Shown: in pieces, positions 17,292-25,767 of the stretch
Layout: every line of letters begins with the position of its first letter
How positions within the stretch are numbered: the stretch's first letter is position 1
DNA from: an uncultured Bacilli bacterium
GTDB lineage: Bacteria; Bacillota_I; Bacilli_A; RF39; UBA660
Length of the DNA stretch: 32,000 nucleotides
NCBI GenBank assembly: GCA_910584085.1
Contig: CAJTZY010000001.1
Location: 172,567-204,566 of the forward strand
Reading direction: 5' to 3'
Program-made: the position numbers and the translations under genes
Notes under the pieces: model-generated
The model's database searches: none
The model's input: only the letters and a program-made list of their open reading frames with translations
What the model was told of the DNA's origin: nothing

Positions 17292-18934
17292 CTTTACCGT
17301 TCTCATCAATCTCTAAAATCTCCTCGAACGTAGTGAGAGGTAGAAATGGTATTCTCGAAGTAGAATTTGGAGAATATCCACAGTGGACTTGTTCAAAACA
17401 ATTAGGTAAAACATTAGAAAGATTGTATAGAAGTAACACCCTAAATAAAACAGGAAAATGTTATACAACAGATTCTAGACCATATAGTGAATATGATAAG
17501 GGATTCGCTTCTCAAAAACATATAGAATATGAATATAATGGTAAAAAATATGTTAGAGTCAAGGTTAATTCATATTTTGATGGTAGTGAAATAACATTTT
17601 CAAATGGAGAAAAGTATAAAGATGGGGATTTTATTTGGATTAGTGTTAGCCCTATAAAATGGTTAGTAGATGAAAAAAATGATTTAGCAATTACTAAAAA
17701 CATAATAGTATCTGGAGTTCAGTTTAATATAGAAAGTAATTATAATGGGAAAAATTTTGATAAGATGAATATAAAAAAATTTTTTGATAACGATTTATCA
17801 AAAGATATAGTATTATCAAAAGATTATGATGTAAATTTAAATAAGACTGATATAATGCCCAAAAACTTATTGAAAAAGAAAAATCCATATAATTTTAACT
17901 TTGATAATGTAAGTGAAGAGGATATAATAAAAGGTTCAGTAGAGAGCAATGTTTCAGTATTTTTACATGGACAATCAAGTGAGGGTAAAAGTGCAAGGGT
18001 AAAACAATTAGATCCAGATTTAGAAATCATATATTTGGGTACAGCAACACCAGAAAGTTTAAATGGAAAAAGTGTGTATAATTCTAATACAGGAGAAATG
18101 ATAGATGTTCCTCCTACATGGTATAAAAAAATCAAACAAAAATGCGAAAGTGAACCAAATAAAATTCACATATTGTTTTTTGATGAATTAACAAATGCAG
18201 TACCTTCAATACAAAAAATGGCATTTAATATTGTACTTGATAAGGAAATAGACGGAAAGTGGAAACTTCCAGATAATGTAAGAATAGTTGCAGCTGGAAA
18301 TGAGTTAAATGATTCCCTTGCAGCTAATACAATGGCGGAACCATTATTTAACCGTTTCGCACATGTATATATACAAACAACAGCTGAATCTTGGTTAAAA
18401 TGGGCGTGTACGCCAGAGCAAGAGTATAAGAGATTAGATTATCAGGAGTCAAAACAAGAATATAAAATACATCCTGCAATTTATTCTTTTATAGCATTTA
18501 GGGGAGATGAAGTTTTAAGAACAGAATATACTGGCGATAAACCAAATGCAGATCCAAGAAAATGGGAATTAGCCTCTAAGGTACTATACCAAACTAGAAA
18601 TCCTGAAATGCTAAGGGCCTTAGTTGGTGAAGATATAACATCTGAGTTTTGTGCATTTTGTAAACAACGGGTTATAACTCTTGAAGATGTTATTAATGAC
18701 AATTATTCAGAGTATGATTTAGAAATGGGAATGTCAGAAAAGTATGCTACTATAGTAGGATTATCTCGATGTAATTATGAAAATCTAAAAAAAGTTAGAA
18801 TTTTTGCAATGAAATTAGGTTCAGAATTTTGTGCGTTATTTGATAGTTTATGGGCGCATGGCGACTTAGAAAGAGTAGAAAAAATTGCAGAATTAACGAT
18901 AGATAATGATTATATTGGAGGTATGAAAAAATGA
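17252..18934 (+). CDS. AAA+ ATPase (MoxR/AAA_5-like) ORF as it stands, the downstream part of the frameshifted DGR target
   Basis: Walker A GQSSEGKS (17969-17992), Walker B ILFFDE (D-E at 18182-18187), sensor-1 RIVAAGN, and EPLFNRF, an Arg-finger-like motif. Upstream there is a region with EFGEYPQ and SPIKWLV motifs. Confidence 0.8.
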   Translation: MDSVNERGGGCRPALPFSSISKISSNVVRGRNGILEVEFGEYPQWTCSKQLGKTLERLYRSNTLNKTGKCYTTDSRPYSEYDKGFASQKHIEYEYNGKKYVRVKVNSYFDGSEITFSNGEKYKDGDFIWISVSPIKWLVDEKNDLAITKNIIVSGVQFNIESNYNGKNFDKMNIKKFFDNDLSKDIVLSKDYDVNLNKTDIMPKNLLKKKNPYNFNFDNVSEEDIIKGSVESNVSVFLHGQSSEGKSARVKQLDPDLEIIYLGTATPESLNGKSVYNSNTGEMIDVPPTWYKKIKQKCESEPNKIHILFFDELTNAVPSIQKMAFNIVLDKEIDGKWKLPDNVRIVAAGNELNDSLAANTMAEPLFNRFAHVYIQTTAESWLKWACTPEQEYKRLDYQESKQEYKIHPAIYSFIAFRGDEVLRTEYTGDKPNADPRKWELASKVLYQTRNPEMLRALVGEDITSEFCAFCKQRVITLEDVINDNYSEYDLEMGMSEKYATIVGLSRCNYENLKKVRIFAMKLGSEFCALFDSLWAHGDLERVEKIAELTIDNDYIGGMKK

Positions 18935-19338
18935 GTCAAGAAAAAAGATTAGAAATGTTAAATGATTATATTAAAATGAATATTGCTCCTATCTTAGTGG
19001 AAAATATCCCATCTAATATATTTGGAAGTAATTCAGTTATTCTTCCAGCAGAACTTGATATATCAATGCTAAATGGGCATTATGAAGGGATAGAATTTAT
19101 GCCTCCTTCATGGTATGTTCAAGTAGTTAGAAATTCTAGTAGTAGCAATAATATCTTAGTGATAGATGAAATCTCAAGGGTATCAAAAGAAGATCAAATG
19201 AAATTTTATGAACTATTAAAGTATCGAAAAATTGGAACATTTGATTTACCAAAAAATTGTGTAATAATTATTACTTGCAGAGATAAGAATATTCCATTAA
19301 TTAATGAAAAATTAGTATCTTTATTTGTACATATTTAG
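18931..19338 (+). CDS. small Walker-A-less AAA-like protein (degenerate paralogue of the upstream ATPase core)
   Basis: ATGA overlap with the ATPase gene; GGAGG RBS. LNGHYEGIEFMPPSWY...ILVIDEISRVS...VIIITCRD...LVSLFVHI aligns by eye with LNGKSVYN..DVPPTWY...ILFFDELTNAV...RIVAAGNE...FNRFAHVYI of the upstream protein. Confidence 0.65.
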   Translation: MSQEKRLEMLNDYIKMNIAPILVENIPSNIFGSNSVILPAELDISMLNGHYEGIEFMPPSWYVQVVRNSSSSNNILVIDEISRVSKEDQMKFYELLKYRKIGTFDLPKNCVIIITCRDKNIPLINEKLVSLFVHI

Positions 19339-19345
19339 GTGAATT

Positions 19346-20839
19346 ATGATTGTAGATAAAGATACTATAAAAAAAAGATTACTTGTAAAATATCCTTTTT
19401 TTAGAAGTACAATAGCTAAACTTAAAATAGTTGAAGATATAAATTGTCTAGGATATAATGGTAATCCAACAGCTGGTACAGATGGAGATACAGTATATTA
19501 CCATCCAGACTTTATGAATAACTTAGATGAAGATGAACAACTTTTTATATTTGCTCATGAAGTTGGTCATGTCGCTCTCAATCACATTATAAGAAGTGAA
19601 GGTAGAGATCAAGAAATTTGGAATATAGCAGCAGATGCCGTTTTAAATGCAAATTTAATTAAGGATGGTTTAAAGTTTGTTAAGGGCGGGGTTAATATTC
19701 CAGAAGCCATTAATTACAATGCAGAAACCTTTTATAATAAATTGATTCAGGAAAAAGAACAAAAAAAATCACAAAATCAAAAAGGTAATGGTAATCAACA
19801 ATCAAATTCAAAGGCGGATGAGTGTAAAAATAGTAGTCAAAGTGATTCTAGTAATCAAAATATAAAACAAAATAGTAATGACAGCAATAATATACCCGAT
19901 GATGCAAACTATGATGTCGGATTTGATACTCATAAAATGTGGAATGATGCGATAAATAAGACATTTAATTCTAGTGATGGAACAAATGAATTAGATAACT
20001 CCAAAAATGACCGTAATAACAAGGATAAACAGAGTTTTCTAGAAAAACTATTTAAAAAAAAGAAAGACAAAGGTAGACAATTAGAACAAACTGAAAAGGA
20101 AAATCAGGAAAGCGAAAATCAAAATAATATTTTTGAAATGGATGAACAAGAGGCATTCAGCAAAAATAGAGAGGAAAAGAAAAAATTACTTAGGGAATTA
20201 AGGGATTCATTTGCCAAACAGTCTATAGGTGCAGGGAATACTACTGATCAGTCAATAAGGAAGATAGATAATATTGGAACATCTATTTCATTAATAGACT
20301 GGAGAAAATTACTAAAAGAATGTGTAAAGTTTGATATAGATTGGACTTATAAAAATGCAACTATAGAAAATGGTGTAGTTACTCCATATCTTGAAGAAAC
20401 TCCAACGCCAGAAACTGAAATAGTTTTAGATACCAGTGGGTCAATAGATGATAATTTACTTAGAAATTTTTTAATGGAATGCAAAAATATACTTCAGACA
20501 TCCAAAGTGAAAGTGGGATGCTTCGATACTAAATTTTATGGTTTTCAGGAGATTAAAACGGTTAAAGACATAGAAAATATGGAATTTAAAGGACATGGCG
20601 GTACAGATTTTAATGTTGCAGTAGAAGCTTTCTCAAAACGTGTAGAAAATAAAATAATATTTACTGATGGTCAAGCGAGTATGCCAGAAAAGTCAATAGA
20701 TGCAATTTGGATAGTTTTTGGTGGAAGGAAAATTAATCCTAAAGGTGGAAAGGTAATTTATATTTCGGACGAACAATTTAAAAGATTATGCTTTAAACAA
20801 AATGATGATAATTTACAAGGTAAGAATAGGACAAGATAA
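19346..20839 (+). CDS. DUF2201-type protein: N-terminal HExxH putative metallopeptidase, low-complexity linker, C-terminal vWA-like domain
   Basis: FIFAHEVGHVALNH (HEVGH at 19556-19570) followed by WNIAADAVLN. MIDAS-like VLDTSGSID (20429-20443). GHGGTDF and IIFTDGQ motifs. A linker of about 170 aa is rich in N, Q, S, K, E and D. Confidence 0.85.
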   Translation: MIVDKDTIKKRLLVKYPFFRSTIAKLKIVEDINCLGYNGNPTAGTDGDTVYYHPDFMNNLDEDEQLFIFAHEVGHVALNHIIRSEGRDQEIWNIAADAVLNANLIKDGLKFVKGGVNIPEAINYNAETFYNKLIQEKEQKKSQNQKGNGNQQSNSKADECKNSSQSDSSNQNIKQNSNDSNNIPDDANYDVGFDTHKMWNDAINKTFNSSDGTNELDNSKNDRNNKDKQSFLEKLFKKKKDKGRQLEQTEKENQESENQNNIFEMDEQEAFSKNREEKKKLLRELRDSFAKQSIGAGNTTDQSIRKIDNIGTSISLIDWRKLLKECVKFDIDWTYKNATIENGVVTPYLEETPTPETEIVLDTSGSIDDNLLRNFLMECKNILQTSKVKVGCFDTKFYGFQEIKTVKDIENMEFKGHGGTDFNVAVEAFSKRVENKIIFTDGQASMPEKSIDAIWIVFGGRKINPKGGKVIYISDEQFKRLCFKQNDDNLQGKNRTR

Positions 20840-20862
20840 ATATAAGATCTATGTCCTTTTTT
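20828..20862 (+). terminator. intrinsic terminator closing the target operon
   Basis: aggaca(a)agat (from 20828) pairs with atct(a)tgtcct (to 20857), followed by ttttt. The stem overlaps the stop codon. Confidence 0.65.
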
Positions 20863-20907
20863 GATATCAAACATTGGGCATTTTCATATAATAAGTAGGT
20901 GATATTA

Positions 20908-21765
20908 TTGAATATATTAATAAATTATAAATTGTATATAATTTTATATTTGATATTTTCTGTATTATTTAATCAATATTACAAAGTATCAACTAAATAT
21001 TCGAAAAATGATGGCGCACTCACTATATTACTTGAACTGATTGGAAGTTTATTTTGTATAATTATGATCCCATTCTTTGAAATAAAATTCCCAAACAATC
21101 CTAGTTCATATTTATTCTTCTGTGTAGCAATAATTTTTTATACATTAAATAATAGATTATCTACAACATCTAGAAGTGGAATAGAAGCCTCTACTTATTC
21201 TATAATTAAACAATTATCTACAGTATTTATGATATTTGCTGGGATATTGTTTTTTAAAGAGTCGTTTAGTATATATAAAATAATAGGTGCGTTTCTAATT
21301 GTCTTTAGCAATATTTTAGTTTTTTATAAAAGAAAGGCTCTAAAATTTGATAAATATATAATACTAGGGGTTTTAGCAAATATTTGCATGACAATCGCAT
21401 TATTTATAGATGTTAACTATTCAGAATATTTTAATTTAGCGATATACGTTTTATTAACCTTACTTATACCATCCATATTAACATTTATATTTGAAAAAAT
21501 TCATATTAAAGATATTATTATAGAGTATAAAAATAGTAGCAAAATAAGTATATTTATAACATCCCTTTCATGGGGATTTATGCTTATCTTTAAGCTTTTA
21601 GCTTATAATTTTGGCGAGGTAATTATAGTCGCACCTCTATGTAGTTTAACAGTTATTTTAAATATTTTTGCTAGCTTTCTATTTTTAAAAGAAAAAGATA
21701 ATTTAGTAAAAAAAATTATAGCTAGTATTCTAATAATAATAGGTATAATTTTAATTAAAATATAG
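20908..21765 (+). CDS. DMT/EamA-family transporter
   Basis: ORF 20899..21765 starts at a GTG. AGGTGA at 20895-20900 fits the in-frame TTG at 20908 better, so the start is uncertain. About 10 TM helices arranged as two EamA-like halves. Confidence 0.75.
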   Translation: MNILINYKLYIILYLIFSVLFNQYYKVSTKYSKNDGALTILLELIGSLFCIIMIPFFEIKFPNNPSSYLFFCVAIIFYTLNNRLSTTSRSGIEASTYSIIKQLSTVFMIFAGILFFKESFSIYKIIGAFLIVFSNILVFYKRKALKFDKYIILGVLANICMTIALFIDVNYSEYFNLAIYVLLTLLIPSILTFIFEKIHIKDIIIEYKNSSKISIFITSLSWGFMLIFKLLAYNFGEVIIVAPLCSLTVILNIFASFLFLKEKDNLVKKIIASILIIIGIILIKI

Positions 21766-21824
21766 TATTTATATACTAAAAATGATATAATCAGTAAAAG
21801 ATTTAAACTTAAAAGGAGAAGGAA

Positions 21825-22895
21825 ATGAAGAAAAAAAGAATAGTTGTTTTACTAACTTTATTAATAATTTCCATTTTTACTATATTTATATTTAATAATA
21901 ATTTAAAGACCCATGAAAATATAAATAATAAAAATTCACAAGATGCAATTAAAAATAATAAAGATGAAAATTTTAATGAAGAGATAAAAGAAGTAGAAAA
22001 AACAAATTTAGTAAGTTACAATGGATGGTTAAATATAGAAAACAATACATTAGTTAATGAAAACCATGAGAAAATTATGTTAAAAGGAATGAGTACTCAT
22101 GGAATTCAGTGGTATGGGAATTTAGCAAACTATTCTATGATTAAAAGTTTAAGGGATGAATGGAATAGTAATTTATTTAGAGTTGCCATGTATACAGAAC
22201 AAAATGGTTATATAGAAAATAAAGAATTAAAACAAAAGCTGATTGAAATTGTTGATAATGTTATAAAACTTGATATGTATGTAATAATAGACTGGCATAT
22301 ATTAAGTGACGGAGATCCATTAATACACAAAGAAGAAGCAAAAGAATTCTTTGATGAAATAAGTAATAGATATAAAGATTATCCAAATGTAATATATGAA
22401 ATATGTAATGAACCAAATGGAAATATAACATGGGATGATAATATTAAACCATATGCTATCGAAGTAATAGATGTAATAAGAAAAAACAGTAAAAATAGTA
22501 TAATAATAGTAGGAACTGGAACCTGGAGTCAAGATATTGATAAAGTAAGCAATAACAAAATAGATGATGATTTAGTTATGTATGCTCTACATTTTTATTC
22601 TGGAACGCATACTGAGTGGCTAAGGGAACGTGCTTTAAACGTATTAAATGAAATACCTATATTTGTATCAGAATGGGGCGTAAGTGATCTTTCTGGAAAT
22701 AATGGAGTATATCTAGATGAAGCAGAAAAATGGGTTAATTTTATGAATGAAAATAATATAAGTTGGGCAAATTGGTCATTATCAAATAAAGATGAATCAT
22801 CCGCACTTTTACTTCCAAATTCTGATATAACAGAAATAAAAGACGAGTATCTATCTCAAAGTGGACATTTTATAAAAAAAGCTATGTTAGAGTGA
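21825..22895 (+). CDS. glycoside hydrolase family 5 endoglucanase (cellulase), secreted or membrane-anchored
   Basis: N-terminal signal/anchor sequence. GH5 motifs: IYEICNEPNG (acid/base Glu) and IFVSEWG (nucleophile Glu). Also HFY..H. Confidence 0.88.
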   Translation: MKKKRIVVLLTLLIISIFTIFIFNNNLKTHENINNKNSQDAIKNNKDENFNEEIKEVEKTNLVSYNGWLNIENNTLVNENHEKIMLKGMSTHGIQWYGNLANYSMIKSLRDEWNSNLFRVAMYTEQNGYIENKELKQKLIEIVDNVIKLDMYVIIDWHILSDGDPLIHKEEAKEFFDEISNRYKDYPNVIYEICNEPNGNITWDDNIKPYAIEVIDVIRKNSKNSIIIVGTGTWSQDIDKVSNNKIDDDLVMYALHFYSGTHTEWLRERALNVLNEIPIFVSEWGVSDLSGNNGVYLDEAEKWVNFMNENNISWANWSLSNKDESSALLLPNSDITEIKDEYLSQSGHFIKKAMLE

Positions 22896-23576
22896 TAAAT
22901 TTAATTTATTATATGGTATAACTACTTGAAACTCTCCAGAACTATAAGGTGCAACTTGATAGTATTCAAAAAATATAATTAATCCATCTTTAGAAAATGC
23001 AAAATTGGAAAAATTATTAAGTGTAGGTTTAGTACCTTCAAACATCATATTAGAATCCACAATATCTTTATTAGTTAATAACTCTTTTCTACTTATAGAT
23101 GAAAATATATCTAATATATTGGGATTTAGTTTAATAAAACCATTAATATCCATAATTTCATTTTTTGATTTATCAAAAGTTATTGTAAATATTTCATGGT
23201 TTGGATGTGCACCTCCAGTATAATAATCAACATGAAATACATATGATATATAATTTTTATATTCATACATACTATAAACAATATCAAGTGTATAATATTG
23301 GTCTACTTGGACATTCGCACCCTTAATATCATCTTTAAATTGATATATAATTTTATCAATTTTTTTTGTTATCTCTTCATTCAACACATCAAATTCACTT
23401 TCTGGATAATATATTAAAATTTTATATTTGTGTTCATTTATAGCAATCTTCTTTTCACTACTATTAATTGAACTAGAATATTTGCCACAAGTAATAGTAT
23501 TACTATCCTTATTAAAAAAAGTAGTTAAATATATTAAAAACATAAATATAATTACTAATGAAATTTTCTTCTTCAT
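22887..23576 (-). CDS. DUF3298/DUF4163-type protein (PdaC C-terminal-like), secreted or lipoprotein-like
   Basis: ORF 22887..23627 on the - strand. The likely start is the internal Met (MKKKISLVIIF, ATG at 23576). It has the YYTGGAHPN motif typical of DUF3298. It converges on the GH5 gene and overlaps it by 9 nt. Confidence 0.75.
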   Translation of the reverse strand: MKKKISLVIIFMFLIYLTTFFNKDSNTITCGKYSSSINSSEKKIAINEHKYKILIYYPESEFDVLNEEITKKIDKIIYQFKDDIKGANVQVDQYYTLDIVYSMYEYKNYISYVFHVDYYTGGAHPNHEIFTITFDKSKNEIMDINGFIKLNPNILDIFSSISRKELLTNKDIVDSNMMFEGTKPTLNNFSNFAFSKDGLIIFFEYYQVAPYSSGEFQVVIPYNKLNLSL

Positions 23577-23759
23577 ATTAGAATATATGCAGCTTATAAA
23601 TAGGAAATAATTATATTTAAAATGCACATAGTATTTGTAAATTACAAAAAGTATGATATACTATTTTTAGTTAATAATTATGCATTTCAAAACAATAAAT
23701 GTTTATAAAAAGTATTAAGTATTTAAAAGAAAAATATATCTATAGCAAGGAGGGATAAA

Positions 23760-23819
23760 ATGTGTAAATCAGGAGATATAATAGTTGTAAAAGAATTTAA
23801 AAATGAATATGGTGAATAA
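23760..23819 (+). pseudogene. possible remnant of a small toxin-like gene (19 codons, then stops)
   Basis: Strong AAGGAGG RBS at 23748-23754, then MCKSGDIIVVKEFKNEYGE-stop. Short in-frame fragments follow up to about 23920. The resemblance of GDII.V to PemK/MazF N-termini is only suggestive. Confidence 0.25.
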
Positions 23820-23927
23820 ATAATAAATCTGGGTATATAAAATCAGACCAATTAAAAAGGTTTGCTAAAAAATATAACAACCAATTTAGAAAAGGTTGGT
23901 TCATAAATGTAAATTATAATTAAAAAG

Positions 23928-23956
23928 TTGACAAAAATATTATTAAATGATACTAT
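23928..23956 (+). promoter_or_regulatory. candidate promoter upstream of the small ORF and LiaF-like operon
   Basis: TTGACA (23928-23933), 17-nt spacer, TGaTACTAT (23948-23956). A second extended -10, TGTATAAT, lies at 23994-24001. Confidence 0.4.
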
Positions 23957-24023
23957 ACTTATCAATTATTTATACATTTTTAACTTAATTTAGTGTATAA
24001 TAGAAAATGAGAGAGGTGGTCAG

Positions 24024-24191
24024 ATGGAAAAGAAAGAAAGCCCTAAATTTCCTAAAGGTTTCTTTACACAACCTAGGCCTACTATAAGTATGAAAGAAGC
24101 CTTAAAAGATGTTTCGCCCTTTGAATGGAGTGAAAATATCTTAAAAGGAAAAAGCAAAGTAAAAATAGTATCTACTAAGAATAATAGTTAG
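24024..24191 (+). CDS. small hypothetical protein (55 aa; below the ORF-track cutoff)
   Basis: GAGAGGTGG RBS 5 nt upstream of the ATG at 24024. Translation: MEKKESPKFPKGFFTQPRPTISMKEALKDVSPFEWSENILKGKSKVKIVSTKNNS. A terminator hairpin follows directly. Confidence 0.5.
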   Translation: MEKKESPKFPKGFFTQPRPTISMKEALKDVSPFEWSENILKGKSKVKIVSTKNNS

Positions 24192-24209
24192 TCAAGACTA
24201 ACTGTTTTT
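24186..24209 (+). terminator. intrinsic terminator after the 55-aa ORF
   Basis: agttagtc (24186-24193) pairs with gactaact (24196-24203), followed by gttttt. Confidence 0.6.
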
Positions 24210-24239
24210 AATATATATATATAAAGAAGGAGATAAATT

Positions 24240-24917
24240 ATGAAAAAAACAAGAAATGTTTTATGGGGGATTGTACTAGTAGCCTTAGGGTTGATATTTG
24301 GTTTAAACGCACTAGAAATAACAGATATTAATATATTTTTTAATGGGTGGTGGACTTTATTTATTATTATTCCATGCTTTATTGATCTATTTAAAGATAG
24401 TGATAAGACAGGTAATATAATAGGGCTAATAATTGGTATAGTACTATTTCTATGCTGCCAAGATTTATTTGAATTTGAACTTGCATGGAAACTTATGATA
24501 CCAGTTATATTAGTTATAATAGGTTTATCATTTATCTTTAAAGATACATTAAATATTAAAGTTAGAAAAGAAATAAATAAATTAAATAAAAACGAAACGC
24601 AAGAGTATTGTGCAACATTCGGTGGACAAAAAGTAAATTATGACAATGAAGAATTTAAAGGATGTACATTATCAGCAGTATTTGGTGGCGTAGAATGTGA
24701 TTTAAGAGAAAGCATTATAAAGGATGACGCTGTTATAAATGTATGTGCCGTATTTGGAGGAGTAGACATACTAGTTCCAAAAGATGTTAAAGTTAAAGTT
24801 ACATCAACACCACTATTTGGGGGAGTAACAAATAAAGTTAAAAAGACTAAAGATAAAGATGTTAAAACAATATATGTAAATGCAACTTGTATATTTGGAG
24901 GAGTTGATATTAAATGA
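24240..24917 (+). CDS. LiaF-like cell-wall-active-antibiotic response protein (DUF2154-type)
   Basis: N-terminal 4-TM region. The C-terminal domain has reiterated FGG strands: TFGGQKV, VFGGVECDL, VFGGVDILVP, LFGGVTNK, IFGGVDIK. Confidence 0.75.
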   Translation: MKKTRNVLWGIVLVALGLIFGLNALEITDINIFFNGWWTLFIIIPCFIDLFKDSDKTGNIIGLIIGIVLFLCCQDLFEFELAWKLMIPVILVIIGLSFIFKDTLNIKVRKEINKLNKNETQEYCATFGGQKVNYDNEEFKGCTLSAVFGGVECDLRESIIKDDAVINVCAVFGGVDILVPKDVKVKVTSTPLFGGVTNKVKKTKDKDVKTIYVNATCIFGGVDIK

Positions 24918-25729
24918 CAACAGCTCAAAAAGTAATAAAATATTTAGCTATTGCTTTCGCCATTTCATTAATAATAAGTATATTTTCTAGTATAATGTTT
25001 GGATTTTCTATAGTTTCTGATGTATTTACACACGGCAAAGATAATAATATCTTAGAAGATTTAAAGGATTTAAACATAAGTGGAGATGATATATCAGTTT
25101 TAGACATTGATATTAAATATTCAAATTTAATAATTAAAAAAGGTGATACATTAAAAGCTGAAACAAATAATAAATATATAAATTATGAACAGGATGGAAA
25201 TAAAATAGTTATTAAAGAAAAAAGGCATAGTTGGTTTACTAGAAGAAATAAAAGTGATTTAGTAGTTTACGTACCTTACGATTTTTCATTTGATGGTGTT
25301 TCTATAGATGCAGGTGCTGGAAAAATAGAAATTGATGACATCCACACTAAAATATTAGAACTTGATTTAGGCGCAGGAAAAGCTACTATTAATAATTTAG
25401 TTGTAGAAAACTATGCTAATATTGATGGTGGAGCTGGAGAAATAGAAATACTAGATGGAAGTATTAATGATTTAGATTTAGACGTGGGTGTAGGTAAATT
25501 TATATTAGCATCTAAATTAACTGGAAAAAATACTATAGATGCAGGTGTAGGAGAACTTAATATAACTTTAATTGGTAGTTTAGATGATTATGAACTATCA
25601 GTAGAAAAAGGTATAGGTTCAGCAAAACTAGATGGTAGTAACATAAAAAGTGAAAAAATTTATGGTAATGGAGAAACACGTATTGATATAGATGGTGGTA
25701 TAGGAAGTATCAACATTAATTTTAGATAA
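24914..25729 (+). CDS. DUF4097-family beta-helix repeat protein (LiaG-like), membrane-anchored
   Basis: ATGA overlap with the LiaF-like gene. One N-terminal TM helix. Repeated D.G.G.I.I units: DAGAGKIEI, DLGAGKATI, DGGAGEIEI, DVGVGKFIL, DAGVGELNI, DGGIGSINI. Confidence 0.75.
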   Translation: MTTAQKVIKYLAIAFAISLIISIFSSIMFGFSIVSDVFTHGKDNNILEDLKDLNISGDDISVLDIDIKYSNLIIKKGDTLKAETNNKYINYEQDGNKIVIKEKRHSWFTRRNKSDLVVYVPYDFSFDGVSIDAGAGKIEIDDIHTKILELDLGAGKATINNLVVENYANIDGGAGEIEILDGSINDLDLDVGVGKFILASKLTGKNTIDAGVGELNITLIGSLDDYELSVEKGIGSAKLDGSNIKSEKIYGNGETRIDIDGGIGSININFR

Positions 25730-25767
25730 TAAGGAGCCTGGTGGCTTTTTATTATAAAGAGGAAAAT

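Larger units (their letters stand above)
16998..18934 (+). pseudogene. DGR target gene: N-terminal VR-bearing lectin-like module fused to a MoxR-like AAA+ ATPase. It is interrupted by a 1-nt deletion inside the VR.
   Basis: ORFs 16998..17333 and 17252..18934 are in frames that differ by one. Adding back the single A present in the TR (15595/15596) but missing at VR 17256 joins them into one ORF of about 645 codons. AGGTGA RBS before the ATG at 16998. Confidence 0.8.

Noticed and set aside
16895-17439. Minus-strand ORFs 16895..17215 and 17173..17439 overlap the target gene start and the VR.
   Set aside because: They have no RBS and their composition is low-complexity and hydrophobic. They lie antisense to a well-supported + strand gene. 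The second one is open only because of the GC-rich VR.
6734-20899. The van cluster plus DGR might form a transposon, ICE or prophage.
   Set aside because: I found no integrase, transposase, recombinase, phage structural genes or terminal inverted or direct repeats in or around the region. Accessory status remains possible but is not shown by this window.
24590-24917. Apparent repeats (FGG units) in the LiaF-like gene, and GxG units in the next gene, might be DNA tandem repeats.
   Set aside because: The repetition is at the protein-motif level (beta-strand repeats). The nucleotide sequences of the units are diverged and are not a DNA-level tandem array.
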